A stretch of DNA of 64,000 bases from an uncultured Verrucomicrobiae bacterium (GCA_963765205.1 CAVXVB010000004.1:1-64000), one strand, 5' to 3'. Positions 30,641 to 40,715 are shown, counted from the first letter of the stretch. Made by a program: numbers and translations. The notes: generated by a model from the letters alone, not told the origin.

Positions 30641-31054
30641 TCAAATATGCCACATCTCGGCCGCGTCGCGGGAAATAAGATTCTCGACTGTGCGCGCCTT
30701 CAGCGCGTGCTCGACCGCCGCGCCCACGTCCCGCCAGACGGCGGAGACCCGCGCGCCCGACTGGCCGGCGGTCGCTGCGGGCGGCTCCAGCATCTCGGCG
30801 TCCACGACGCGGACAATATCATAGAGTGTGATTTCCGCCGGGGCGCGGGCCAGCGCGTAGCCGCCCTGCTTGCCGCGCCGGCTGGCGATGAGGCCGCCGT
30901 TGCGCAGCTCATTGAGGATTTGCACGAGGTAGTTGGCCGGCACGGCCTCGGCCTTGGCCAGCGTCTCGATGTGCGCGAGGTGCGGGCGGCCGTAGGCGCG
31001 GGCCAGTTGCGCCAGCACGCGGCAGGCATATTCGACTTTAAGCGAGATTTTCAC
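30641..31054 (-). CDS. Rrf2-family transcriptional regulator (CymR-like; lacks the IscR Cys triad)
   Basis: KISLKVEYACR, VPANYLVQIL, SRRGKQGGYALAR, ITLYDIV. Confidence 0.92.
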   Translation of the reverse strand: MKISLKVEYACRVLAQLARAYGRPHLAHIETLAKAEAVPANYLVQILNELRNGGLIASRRGKQGGYALARAPAEITLYDIVRVVDAEMLEPPAATAGQSGARVSAVWRDVGAAVEHALKARTVENLISRDAAEMWHI

Positions 31055-31194
31055 CCAAGGGCACGGTAAAAGCCCCGCGCGTTCGGCGCAAGGGCGAAGC
31101 GCGCGCGGAGAATCGGCGCCGCGCATGGCCCGTTTTGGTGTTTGGGCTGGCGCACGCGCCGGTTGGAATGATAGGATAACGGCATCCATTTCCG

Positions 31195-31824
31195 ATGCGT
31201 GCCGTTTCCCGCCCCCATCTTTTTCGCGCCGCAGTGCTCGCTGGTATGCTGCTGGTCGGCTGCGCCAAAACGCCGCCGCCCGAACTTCCAGCGCCGACGC
31301 CCGCGCGGGCGGTGGACGCGTGGCCGACTGATTATCCCGCGGCCGTCCTGCAAGCCAAGGCGAAGCACAAAAAAGTTTTGCTCTATTTTACCGGGTCGGA
31401 CTGGTGCGTGAATTGTTTCCGGCTCGATGACGAGGTTTTTTCGAAGTCGGAGTTTACCGCTTACGCTCAAAACCACTGCGAGTTGGTGCAGTTGGATTTT
31501 CCCATCCACAAGGAGTTGCCCGAAGCCTTGACCAAGCAAAACGAGGCTTTGCAGGAAAAATTCCAAGTCCAGAACCTCCCCACTCTGGTGCTCCTTGACG
31601 CGGACGAACACGAGCTGGCCTGGATTGAGGGTTATCGCGGCGAAGGCGTCACCGGCCTGATTGCAGAATTAGAGCATCCAGCGCCGCTACCAACCCCGAC
31701 CAAGACTGTCGCAACCAATCCCAATAGTTCAGCGCCAATGGCCACCCCAGCCGCCCCGACGACCACGGTCGGAGTTCCCCATCCCGCCGGCACGTCCACC
31801 AGCCCCGGCATCCAGGCTAATTAA
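31195..31824 (+). CDS. Thioredoxin-family lipoprotein
   Basis: Lipobox LVGC; LLYFTGSDWCVNC; LDFP; LPTLVLLD. Confidence 0.88.
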   Translation: MRAVSRPHLFRAAVLAGMLLVGCAKTPPPELPAPTPARAVDAWPTDYPAAVLQAKAKHKKVLLYFTGSDWCVNCFRLDDEVFSKSEFTAYAQNHCELVQLDFPIHKELPEALTKQNEALQEKFQVQNLPTLVLLDADEHELAWIEGYRGEGVTGLIAELEHPAPLPTPTKTVATNPNSSAPMATPAAPTTTVGVPHPAGTSTSPGIQAN

Positions 31825-33035
31825 TGGCCACCACTTTCAGGAACCTGGCGACGGACGCAGGCCGCATTTTTTTCCGAACGCGCCATCTAGTCGCGTTGCT
31901 GGTTTTCGGGTCAGCCCTCGCCGGTTGCGCAGAGTCTCCGGACGAGCGCTTGTGGGTGGACGCCAAGATAAATGGCGCTCCCGCCCATCTCTTTGTGGAC
32001 ACCGGCTCGACCACCTCGATGCTGCTGCGCGACAAAGCCGAGGCCCGGGGCCTGAAAATCACCGACCAGCCCAACGGCCTTGGCCTCACCGAACCCTGCA
32101 CGCTGGATTTTTGGAACAGCACCATCACCACGCCCCTCGCGATTGACCATATGCCGTCTTATGTGAAGCCAGATATGGACGGCGTCATTGGGTGGACGCA
32201 ATTGCGTGGAAAGATTTTGCAATTCGACGCCGCCGCCCGCGTGGTCCAGCCGCTGGATCAATTGCCCGCCAAAGTCGCCGGTTGGAGCAAATTCCGCGTC
32301 TTGCCCAACCGCCAAATCATGACGTTGGAAGTGCCGGCGACCGCCGGCGGCCCGCCGGGTTTGATTTTCGTGGACACCGGCAATCCCGGTGGCGTCGGCC
32401 TTGCGCCCGGCCATTGGGCGCAATGGCGCGCGGCGCATCCGGGCGAACCGGCCACGCTGCGTCTTTACTACACACCCGCCGCGCGCGGCCTGCGCGGACC
32501 ACTCACCAACCCCGCCGCGCCCGGCACCGTGGTCGCCGAGGAAATGTGGGCGCATGAAATTTCGCTGGGACCGCTCCAGCTTACGGAAACCCCCGTCGGC
32601 GAGTCCGACCCCGCGACGGCCGCCCTGGGCGGGCCACGCCATGTCGCCACCTTCGGCATGGCTGCGCTGCGCCGCCTCGATTTCATCTACGACGGGCAGG
32701 CTGGTTATGTTTACCTCCAGCCGAAGACCACGCCGCCCGCGCCCTACCCGCACAACCGCATCGGCGCAGTGTTCACGCCCGCCGACGACACGAACGACTA
32801 TCTCGTCGCGCGCGTGGAACCCGGCGGCCCCGCCGACCGCGCCGGCCTGCGCAACGGCGACTTGCTCACCACCCTCAACGGCCACAACCACCTCAATTGG
32901 CTGCTGCACCCCGAAGTGGGGATGGCCAATTTTGAATGGCTCTGGGTGTCGTCCGTGCATTTGCGCATCCTCCGCGGCGACGAGGAGCTGTTCTTCAACA
33001 TCGTGCTCGAAAACATTCTTGGGCCGCAAAATTAA
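31824..33035 (+). CDS. Lipoprotein with two aspartic-protease lobes plus C-terminal PDZ
   Basis: LAGC lipobox; LFVDTGS and IFVDTGN; VEPGGPADRAGLRNGDLL (PDZ). Confidence 0.85.
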   Translation: MATTFRNLATDAGRIFFRTRHLVALLVFGSALAGCAESPDERLWVDAKINGAPAHLFVDTGSTTSMLLRDKAEARGLKITDQPNGLGLTEPCTLDFWNSTITTPLAIDHMPSYVKPDMDGVIGWTQLRGKILQFDAAARVVQPLDQLPAKVAGWSKFRVLPNRQIMTLEVPATAGGPPGLIFVDTGNPGGVGLAPGHWAQWRAAHPGEPATLRLYYTPAARGLRGPLTNPAAPGTVVAEEMWAHEISLGPLQLTETPVGESDPATAALGGPRHVATFGMAALRRLDFIYDGQAGYVYLQPKTTPPAPYPHNRIGAVFTPADDTNDYLVARVEPGGPADRAGLRNGDLLTTLNGHNHLNWLLHPEVGMANFEWLWVSSVHLRILRGDEELFFNIVLENILGPQN

Positions 33036-33075
33036 GGAGGCGCCGCTGGGAACCAAAATATTTTGGGAAAGTCTC

Positions 33076-33113
33076 TTGACGGATAGAGAACTCTGTCGTA
33101 TAGAGTCATCTAT
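33076..33113 (+). promoter_or_regulatory. sigma70 promoter TTGACG-N17-TATAGA overlapped by an inverted-repeat operator
   Basis: ATAGAGAACTCT-gtcgtat-AGAGTCATCTAT (10/12 arms) at 33083-33113, upstream of an operon that contains a wHTH regulator. Confidence 0.65.
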
Positions 33114-33114
33114 A

Positions 33115-33729
33115 ATGAACGAAGAACCTCTGCCGATCCTGACCCGCGCTGAAGCCCATGCCGCCCTCACGGCGGTGGACCGCACCATCGCCGACACGCG
33201 CCGGATCGTGGCCGGCAGCGTCGCCGGACCGATCATAATCCTGTGGGGCGGCATCTGGATGGCGGCGGACATCATCCTCCAATACCGACCCGAAGTGATG
33301 GGCCAGTTGTGGTGGGTCTTCGATATCGTTGGCATCGGGGCCACTTGGTATCTGGCCACCCACCGGAACAAGGAGGTCAAAATGCGCGGCGACTGGCGCT
33401 TCGGCGCGTTCTGGTTCTTCTTGTTCAGCTTCGGGGGCCTCTGGGTGTATTTGCTCGTGCCTTGGAACCTGCTCCAACACGCTTCGACCACGGAGCAACT
33501 CAGCATGATGCGGAGAATTCAGGCGTTTGGGCACACCCTACCCATGTTCGCCTACGTCATCGGCGGTCTGTGGCTCGGGCGCTTCTTTGTCTGGTTGGGT
33601 CTGATCGTCACCGCCCTCACCGTGGCCGGCTACCTCTGGGTGCCGGACTATTTCTGCCTCTGGCTGGCCTTTACGGGCGGCGGCTCGCTCATCATCGCCG
33701 GTCTCTTCATCCGCAAATTCTGGAGATAA
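33115..33729 (+). CDS. Six-TM hypothetical membrane protein
   Basis: ATG at 33115, hydrophobic segments, 4 nt from the next gene. Confidence 0.8.
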   Translation: MNEEPLPILTRAEAHAALTAVDRTIADTRRIVAGSVAGPIIILWGGIWMAADIILQYRPEVMGQLWWVFDIVGIGATWYLATHRNKEVKMRGDWRFGAFWFFLFSFGGLWVYLLVPWNLLQHASTTEQLSMMRRIQAFGHTLPMFAYVIGGLWLGRFFVWLGLIVTALTVAGYLWVPDYFCLWLAFTGGGSLIIAGLFIRKFWR

Positions 33730-33733
33730 TTTC

Positions 33734-34024
33734 ATGCCGGAACTCGACAAACTCATCCACGCCCCGGCGCGGCTCAAAATCATGGCCGCGCTGATGGCCC
33801 TGACCGCGAGTGAACAATTGGATTTTTCCTCGCTCGGGAAAATGCTCGGGCTGACGGACGGCAACCTTGGCGCGCACTTGCAGACGCTCGAGGAGGCCGG
33901 CTACGTCAAAATTGAAAAAACTTTTGTCGCCCGCAAGCCGCGCACCTTTGTGCGCGCGACCGTGCGCGGCCGCGGGCGCTTTGAGGAACATGTTGAGGCC
34001 CTGCGCAAAATTTGCCAAGTTTAA
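33734..34024 (+). CDS. Winged-helix transcriptional regulator (HTH_34/ArsR-like)
   Basis: LDKLIHAPARLKIMAAL, LTDGNLGAHLQTLEEAGYV, KPRT. Confidence 0.92.
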   Translation: MPELDKLIHAPARLKIMAALMALTASEQLDFSSLGKMLGLTDGNLGAHLQTLEEAGYVKIEKTFVARKPRTFVRATVRGRGRFEEHVEALRKICQV

Positions 34025-34028
34025 CCCC

Positions 34029-35015
34029 ATGAACACTCCCACCAAATCCTCGAACCGTAAATTCATCCTCGGGCTGCTTGCCCTCGCGTGCCTCGCGCTT
34101 GCGGGCTGGGCCGTCTGGCAGCAACTGCAACTGACGGCCCTCGCCGCCGACAACGCCGACCTGAAAAAATCCCTGGCCGCCGAGCAGAAGCGCGCCAAGG
34201 ACGACGCCGCGGACGCCAACCGCTGGCGCCAGCAGGCCGACGCCCTCCTCGCGCAAGCCGGGCAGGCCGCGAACGGGGCGAACACCGCCGCCCCTTCGGC
34301 GAGCGATCACAAGCGCAACTTTAACCCGGAAGCCGCCGCCGCGCTGGTCAACAGCAAAGGGCTGCAAAGCGTCATCGCTTCGGAGCAATCCGCCATGATC
34401 GCCATGACTTACAAAGACCTCCTCGACCGCCTCAAACTCTCGCCCCAGGAGCGTGACTACATGCAAAAATTGCTGCTGGACCGCCAGATGGTGCAAGTCA
34501 GCAACGGCATGCAAATGATGAACGCTTCGCTCTCGCCCGACGACCGCGCCGCCCTCGGCCAGCAAATCATGCAGGGCGTGGCCGACGACAACGCGAAAAT
34601 CCACACCTTCCTCAACAGCGACGCCGACTACGCCACCTACCAAAGCTACAGCGGGCAGGAAACCGAGCGCACGGAAATCGGCATGTTCGAGTCCTCGTTG
34701 GGCGACGGCAACGCGCTCGACCCCGCCACCGCCGACTCGCTGGCCAGCCTTCTTTCCAACACGCGCAAAAATTTCCCCTTCACGGTGGATTTCTACAACA
34801 AGGCCAACTTCGCCAACCCCGCGGTGCTCAACACGCCAACCGTGAACAAATTCCTCGATGAGCAGGTGCAATACCAAGCGCAGGTGGCGGACAAGGCGGC
34901 GGCCCTGCTCACGCCCGCGCAACTGCAAGCCTTCAAACAAAACCAGGCCGCCATGGGCCAGATGACCAAAATGCAAATGAGCAACATCGTCCAAATGTCC
35001 GGCGGCGGACAGTAG
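34029..35015 (+). CDS. Membrane-anchored coiled-coil/helical hypothetical protein
   Basis: N-terminal TM then coiled coil; strong GC3 codon bias. Confidence 0.8.
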   Translation: MNTPTKSSNRKFILGLLALACLALAGWAVWQQLQLTALAADNADLKKSLAAEQKRAKDDAADANRWRQQADALLAQAGQAANGANTAAPSASDHKRNFNPEAAAALVNSKGLQSVIASEQSAMIAMTYKDLLDRLKLSPQERDYMQKLLLDRQMVQVSNGMQMMNASLSPDDRAALGQQIMQGVADDNAKIHTFLNSDADYATYQSYSGQETERTEIGMFESSLGDGNALDPATADSLASLLSNTRKNFPFTVDFYNKANFANPAVLNTPTVNKFLDEQVQYQAQVADKAAALLTPAQLQAFKQNQAAMGQMTKMQMSNIVQMSGGGQ

Positions 35016-35543
35016 GCGGGGACAGAAGCGGAGGGACGAACCCAATCGCCCGAGGCCGACGAAAACAACTGGTTACCCCCGATCGAAACACGCCCAGACG
35101 GCCTGCTCCTCGTCTTCGATGGCGATCCAACTCCACCCAACGACAAACCCGTCTTCTGGTCAGATCACCCAGGCTTCAACAGAAGCCGGGAGTGATCCCG
35201 CATCCTCACCGCAGGATGAGGGACTCCGCACGGATAAATGCCCTTGCCAGCCAAGGGCAAAACGCTCAGTTTGGCCTTCAAGATGCACTATCCCCGGAAC
35301 GCAACTCCGGCGGCAGCATTTCAAACAAATTGCTGCAGCCTTCTCGCGCCTCTTTGGGGGGCTAATGGAGGCCTGCTTTCCCTCCCCCTTAACCCTCTTC
35401 CCCCAACCCCAGTAACCCCAAAAAAGCAGTTTCCTCGCAGTTCACGTTGGCCGCCCCATGTCATCTATCAGTAATGCGCTTTCTTTACTACTAGCCAATT
35501 TGTCGCACTACAAATGTGAAACTAAACAAATTAAACCTCGTCT

Positions 35544-36374
35544 TCATGCCTCCGTCTTCTTCACTAATCCCAATCGCCCGCGCGTCACCGCAATCAGCGC
35601 GACTGCCACGACGATGAGCGCGCACGCCGTGTAAACATCAGGGCCGGGATGTTTTCGCAAGGTTGCCTTAGCGAGCATCTCGTAGAGAGGACCGCCGGCC
35701 GAATTATATGTGTCGTGTAACACAATCGCGACGATCACGCTTCCGCGCGAGAGATTGCAGCCGAACGTCATTATGACGGACAGTCCCGTCGTAGCGAGAA
35801 AGTACACCCACACCGGCGCTGTCGTCCAGCCGTGGATCAGAAACAGCGGCAAATGCCAGCCCGCCCACAGCACGCCTAGAATGATCGACGCTCGCGTCGG
35901 TCCCCAACGCGATTGTATCCGAGGCAAGGCAAAGCCACGCCAGCCTGGCTCTTCCCCCAGCGGGCCGCCGATGAGCTCAGGAATGAACCAGTGGCGATAA
36001 TCGAGCAACGCCGCCCAGTCCCACGCGCGGAAACCCGATTGTGTCATGCCGATTCCCGCAAGAGGCCAGCGTGCTACCAGAATGCAGGCCATGCCGGCGA
36101 GCGTCCCGAGGAGCATTCGCGGCAGTGAAGTCCACAGGCGAAAGGCGCGTAAGCTACCGCAACAAACCGCCTGAGCAATCAGCCCTGCGACAAACGGCCC
36201 GATTGTTCCCAGCGGTATCCACGGAAACATTCCTGCCTTCGAGTGGCTCCATCCAAGGCCGTTCTGACCGAGAAGCACCGGCAACCACATGATCCACGCA
36301 ATGCCGTATGCCAGCACGAAATAGAGCGTCAATTCGCGTCGTCGCATGGCCTTAGGACTTAGTTCGTCGTTCAT
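35544..36374 (-). CDS. CPBP (Abi/CAAX type II) intramembrane metalloprotease
   Basis: GEEPGWRGFALP, WAGWHLPLF, AIVLHDTYN; AAGGAG RBS. Confidence 0.92.
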   Translation of the reverse strand: MNDELSPKAMRRRELTLYFVLAYGIAWIMWLPVLLGQNGLGWSHSKAGMFPWIPLGTIGPFVAGLIAQAVCCGSLRAFRLWTSLPRMLLGTLAGMACILVARWPLAGIGMTQSGFRAWDWAALLDYRHWFIPELIGGPLGEEPGWRGFALPRIQSRWGPTRASIILGVLWAGWHLPLFLIHGWTTAPVWVYFLATTGLSVIMTFGCNLSRGSVIVAIVLHDTYNSAGGPLYEMLAKATLRKHPGPDVYTACALIVVAVALIAVTRGRLGLVKKTEA

Positions 36375-36716
36375 CTCCTTCTGCCTGGCTTTCAAATAAA
36401 GAACCCTGTAGCTACAGGGTATTTTGCCAAGCAAAAACCCTGAAGATATTAGACCGCTGCAAGCAGCGGGGTATTCTTTGGAAAATAAATGCCTTAGGTT
36501 CAAGAATAATTTGCCAAAACACCCGGGCCATTTTTTATAATTTAATTCTCCGATCCAACTGTCTAACCGACGGGGTCCACCCCACGCGCCCGCCCGCGCA
36601 CCCGACACCCCTGTGGCCTCCCCCCCGCACACACACGCGGATCGCCCCCAATAAGTCCACCCGGTCTGGTTCTCCCCCTCAAAAAACCACCTGGTCCACT
36701 CCAGTCCCCCAACAGT

Positions 36717-37433
36717 TCAGTTCAGTTTGGGAAAGAAAAAACCGGTGCGCTGCTGGTAAGCGCGATAGTCGGCGCTGAATGCGGCCAGGCGGGCTTCCTC
36801 CAGTTTCGCGCGCCAGGCAAAGAGGGCGATTTGGAGGGGGACGAGCACGGCGAGCGCCAGGCTGGCTTCCGCAAACAGCAGGCCCAAGGAGCCCACGATG
36901 TAGCCGCAATACATCGGGTGGCGCACGAAGCGATACGGCCCGCGCAGCACGACCGTCCGCACCGCGACGAAAATGCCAAAGGAGCGTCCGAGTGAAATGA
37001 TGCCCCAGGTGGAAAACGCGATGCCGAGTGCGCCTAAAACGTAGCTGGCGTAGTAGAGCGGCGTCCGCCAGGCCTCCGGCGCCCGGTTGTCGCAAAGCCA
37101 TTGCAAGGCATCAGGCAGATGGCGGACGTAGTTAAACAGGATGAAATAAAAACTGGCGGCAAGGGGCACGGCGATTTCCTTGAGCTGGCGCGGGGTCGCG
37201 ACCGCCTGGCGGCCAATGAGAAGAACGAGGCCCATGATGAAGTTCAACGCCATTAAAATAAAATCATAGGAAAGATAGCCGAGATTGGTCGCATCGCCCG
37301 CCCGCAGGCCGGCCCAATCGTCGAGCACCCAGACCCACTGCGCATAGGCAAAGCCCAGGTAAATGACCGAAAGGATGTAGCGCTCCGTGATCGAGGCAAT
37401 CCAAGCGGCCTGGCGGTAGCGGTCCGGGGGCAT
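36717..37433 (-). CDS. ICMT/PEMT-family membrane methyltransferase
   Basis: LGRSFGI, GPYRFVRHPMYCG, RAKLEEARL, YRAYQQRT. Confidence 0.88.
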   Translation of the reverse strand: MPPDRYRQAAWIASITERYILSVIYLGFAYAQWVWVLDDWAGLRAGDATNLGYLSYDFILMALNFIMGLVLLIGRQAVATPRQLKEIAVPLAASFYFILFNYVRHLPDALQWLCDNRAPEAWRTPLYYASYVLGALGIAFSTWGIISLGRSFGIFVAVRTVVLRGPYRFVRHPMYCGYIVGSLGLLFAEASLALAVLVPLQIALFAWRAKLEEARLAAFSADYRAYQQRTGFFFPKLN

Positions 37434-37440
37434 GGGGGGA

Positions 37441-37544
37441 GAATTATGAATTCGGAATTATGAATTATGAAGTGAAGACGAAAGAATCTAGCAATCAAAC
37501 TACTTGGTCTTGCAATTCTTACTTCTTAATTCTTAATTTTACTC
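37441..37544. repeat. 7-nt unit arrays (GAATTAT; ATTCTTA)
   Basis: GAATTATGAATTCGGAATTATGAATTATGAA and ATTCTTACTTCTTAATTCTTAATT. Confidence 0.7.
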
Positions 37545-38411
37545 TCATCCCAGCTCGATCGTGGTCACGCCGTAAACGCCGGGGTGGAGGCCGGCGGGGG
37601 GCGCGCCGAGATACATCCGCGCGGTGGAGGAAATTTCCTTCATGTTGCTTTTGGCGGCGAGGGCCAGCGCGGCGGGGTGATTCTCGGGCGCATCAAGGTA
37701 GAGAGCCTGGCCGGCGGCGTGCGCGGAGCAGGCGGCAAAGAGCGCGTCCGCCGAAGCGTCGTCCTTGGCAAACAGGGGGCCGATCTTGAAACCCGCCCGG
37801 CCTTTGCGCACCACGGCGTAGCCGCCGAGCTTGCCCATGGTGCCGCGCGGAGTCGCAGCAAAGGCGGCGCTGCCAGGCAGACGCAACCACGCCGCGAGGA
37901 ACCGGGAGCGCGGGGCGGGGAAAAACTCGTTGTCGAGCGCCAACAGGGCCGCAAAGGGGACGCGTGCGGCCGGGGCGACGCCGTTGGGTGGCGGGCTGGC
38001 GACCCCGCGGCCTTCAAAGCGGATGTGGCGCGTGTGAAAGTGGAAGCCGTGCTTTTCGTAAAACGGGCGTAGCGCGACCGGGCCGTCGAGGCCGAGATTC
38101 GTCGAGCCGGGCAGGAGCCGCGAGCGAAGGGTTTGCATCGCGTCGGCCCAGAGCGCACGGCCGATGCCCTGCTTGCGCAAATCGGTCCGCACGATGAACA
38201 GCCCGAGGAAGCCGAAGCGGGCGTCGTAGGAAACTATCGAGGCGACACCCGCGACCTGGGCGCCGCGTTCGGCGACCAGGAAGCCGTCGGGGTCGGTAGC
38301 CCAAAAGGCGTTGGCGTCGTGGAGGCCGGGGTTCCAGCCTTCTTTGGCGGCCCAGTCGAGCGCCAAGTCAAGCTCTGGTCGGGTCATGGCGCGGAATTGG
38401 AGGTCGGGCAT
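37545..38411 (-). CDS. GNAT-family N-acetyltransferase (YitH-like, two-domain)
   Basis: WAAKEGWNPGLHDA, FLGLFIVRTDLRKQGIGRALW, FYEKHGF, KIGPLFA. Confidence 0.9.
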   Translation of the reverse strand: MPDLQFRAMTRPELDLALDWAAKEGWNPGLHDANAFWATDPDGFLVAERGAQVAGVASIVSYDARFGFLGLFIVRTDLRKQGIGRALWADAMQTLRSRLLPGSTNLGLDGPVALRPFYEKHGFHFHTRHIRFEGRGVASPPPNGVAPAARVPFAALLALDNEFFPAPRSRFLAAWLRLPGSAAFAATPRGTMGKLGGYAVVRKGRAGFKIGPLFAKDDASADALFAACSAHAAGQALYLDAPENHPAALALAAKSNMKEISSTARMYLGAPPAGLHPGVYGVTTIELG

Positions 38412-38418
38412 GGGGAAG

Positions 38419-38525
38419 TTTTTTGGTTTCTAGTTTTTAGTTCTTGGTTGAAACTTCTTGAGCGGGAAAACTGTCAGGTTTTTCATTTTGCATTCTGCAT
38501 TTTATGTTTCGTAATTCGTAATTGT
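38419..38525. repeat. 7-nt unit arrays (TTTTTAG; CATTTTG; TTCGTAA)
   Basis: Visible 7-nt periodicity in an AT-rich intergenic stretch. Confidence 0.6.
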
Positions 38526-40199
38526 CTAATTCATGTCTTTGTCGGCCTGGTTGGAAAAAAGCACGAAGTGGTCGTCGTGCCAGACTTCATGAGAGGGGGC
38601 ATCGGGGTAGGACTTTTGGAAAACGGGGAATTGGTCGGCAGCAACCAAAACATAAATGCGTCCGGGGCCGCGGAGCAACCCCACAAAGGGCGGCATTAGG
38701 GCGTTTTGGACCTGTGCGTCGCTAGGGGACGTGAACTGACGGCGCAAGGCGAAGTAATCGGCGAGGCCGGGATAGCGAGGCGCGAGTTGCGGGGTTTCGA
38801 GCATGAGGCCAAATTCCTGTTCATCGGGTATTTGCCCGGCGATGCCGACCGTGCGCCCAAGCAACGGCGCGAAGTCCTGATAAGGACTGTAGTCCCATAG
38901 CGTGAAGACCTGATCACGGTCAACTAAACGCGGGCGCAACCAGGCGGCGGCGGGCGCGGTCGAGGGGCGCTTGATTTCCATCACGCGCGCGGCGATGGGA
39001 TTGAGGGCCACCATGATGGCCAGGGTGCATCCGAGAACGACCCAAAGAGTACGCTGTAATCTCGCCGCGCCGGGCTTTTCCAAAGTCCCGGCCAGCCAGC
39101 GGCCAGTGAGCAACGCGAGGGGGGGAATGCTGGGGACAATGTAGGTAGCGAGTTTCGAGCTGGAGGCGCTGAAAAAGACGAGTGGGAAAAGCGCCCAGAG
39201 CAGGAGCAATAAGTTTTCCGGTTCGTCTTTCAGGCGCGCCAGGCGGCCCTGGCACGCCGAGTGCAGCGCCTGCGGGAGAAAAATTGTCCACGGCAAAAAT
39301 CCGCCGGTCAACACGACCGGAAAAAACCACCACGGCTCAACGCGGTGCGCCACGCCGGGATCGAGATAACGCAGGACTTGCTCGAAAATGAAGTAATACC
39401 AAAGGAAGCCCTGGTTGTGCCAGTCTTTGGAAAAGAAAGTCGCCCAGTCCCAACCGCCGAGTGGGGGATTGGCGAGTGCCGCGGCGACGTGCCACGGGAG
39501 CGCCAGCACAAGGAAGATGACGAGGCCGGAGTCGAGGTGGGCGTGGCGCAACTCGCGCCATTGGTTGAGAATCAGCAGCCAGAGAAAAATAACGGCGCCC
39601 GGGATGAGGAGGCCGATCAACCCCTTCGTCATCACCGCGAGGGCCATGCTGGCGTAGAGCGCCCAGCACCAGTGCCGGCGCGCCGGGCCGGGCGGCGTGC
39701 GGACGGCCAGCAGGAATGCGCAAAGGGCCAGGGTAAGGAAAGCCGAGACCGCCGTGTCGAGGATGATGATTTGCGATACTCCATAGTAAAGCAGGCTGGT
39801 ACCGAGCGCGACGGCGGACCAGAGGCCGGCGGCGCGGCCCCAGAGCGCGCGTCCCGTGCCGTAAACAGCGGCCACTCCAAGAAAGGCGAGCGCGATGGGC
39901 CAGAAGCGTAGCGTCCACAGGTTCATGCCACCCATCTTAACCGCAGTGGCTTCGAGCCAGTAGAAGAGCGGCGGCTTCTCAAAATAAAGCACGCCATTGA
40001 GGCGCGGCGAAATGAAATTGCCACTGGCAGCCATTTCGCGGGCAATTTCGACATAGCGGCCCTCGTCAGGGTTGCTGAGCGGGCGCAGGCCAGTGGGCAG
40101 GAAATAGACGGCGGCGAAGGCGAAGGACAACCAAGACAAGTCGCGCGCGGGGGACGGCACGCGGGACGCGGGAGCGGAGATGGCTGAGGCGGAACTCAA
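38526..40199 (-). CDS. ArnT/PMT_2-family (GT-C) lipid-carrier-dependent glycosyltransferase
   Basis: NPDEGRYVEIAREM, YFEKPPLFYWL, MTKGLIG, SKLATYIVP; start codon uncertain. Confidence 0.9.
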   Translation of the reverse strand: MSSASAISAPASRVPSPARDLSWLSFAFAAVYFLPTGLRPLSNPDEGRYVEIAREMAASGNFISPRLNGVLYFEKPPLFYWLEATAVKMGGMNLWTLRFWPIALAFLGVAAVYGTGRALWGRAAGLWSAVALGTSLLYYGVSQIIILDTAVSAFLTLALCAFLLAVRTPPGPARRHWCWALYASMALAVMTKGLIGLLIPGAVIFLWLLILNQWRELRHAHLDSGLVIFLVLALPWHVAAALANPPLGGWDWATFFSKDWHNQGFLWYYFIFEQVLRYLDPGVAHRVEPWWFFPVVLTGGFLPWTIFLPQALHSACQGRLARLKDEPENLLLLLWALFPLVFFSASSSKLATYIVPSIPPLALLTGRWLAGTLEKPGAARLQRTLWVVLGCTLAIMVALNPIAARVMEIKRPSTAPAAAWLRPRLVDRDQVFTLWDYSPYQDFAPLLGRTVGIAGQIPDEQEFGLMLETPQLAPRYPGLADYFALRRQFTSPSDAQVQNALMPPFVGLLRGPGRIYVLVAADQFPVFQKSYPDAPSHEVWHDDHFVLFSNQADKDMN

Positions 40200-40310
40200 A
40201 CGGATTTCATGCAACCGGCCCGGAGGCGGATTGCCAAGCCCGAAGCGCGCGGCCGGGTGGAAAATCACGGGGACGCGGGCTGGAGGACGGAATTGACATA
40301 CCGGGGCGGC

Positions 40311-40661
40311 TTACGCAGTGGCGCGGGCGAAGCGGACCATTTGCACCTTTTTGCCGATGGCGTCCCGGCCTTCGAATGTCGTCACGGTGAACTCGTGCAA
40401 ACTGCACCAGGCGTCCATCTGCTCCTGCGAGCTGTGGCCGCCGTATTGCTCCCGAAATGAAGTGTGGGCCAGTTGCGAGAATTCACCGACATACTCGCCA
40501 CTTTTGCAAATACCAGCAATGATTTTTTCCATGTTAACGTCGTAACCGGCCTTGCCCAGATTTTCATACAGCAGGTAGGAACACTTGGGGCAGGAGAAAC
40601 GCTTCTTCGGCCCGATGATGCGCTCGTGCAACTCCACCCAGCATTTGGGGCATTTCTTCAT
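40311..40661 (-). CDS. Small protein with N-terminal zinc ribbon
   Basis: CPKC-x16-CPKC. Confidence 0.65.
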   Translation of the reverse strand: MKKCPKCWVELHERIIGPKKRFSCPKCSYLLYENLGKAGYDVNMEKIIAGICKSGEYVGEFSQLAHTSFREQYGGHSSQEQMDAWCSLHEFTVTTFEGRDAIGKKVQMVRFARATA

Positions 40662-40715
40662 GACGGGCGCATTTTAGAGCGGGCACCCGGCCCGCGACAA
40701 CTGAAAAAAGCAGCT

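Noticed and set aside
35013..35195. Frame stays open for 59 codons after the TAG of 34029-35015 (possible read-through)
   Set aside because: Unremarkable length at this GC content; no recoding signal or recognisable domain.
35172..35205. GCTTCAA-starting hairpin resembling a type I-G CRISPR repeat
   Set aside because: Single copy, no spacers, no cas genes.
40311..40661. Zinc-ribbon protein as part of a defence or mobile system
   Set aside because: No partner genes or catalytic motifs are visible.
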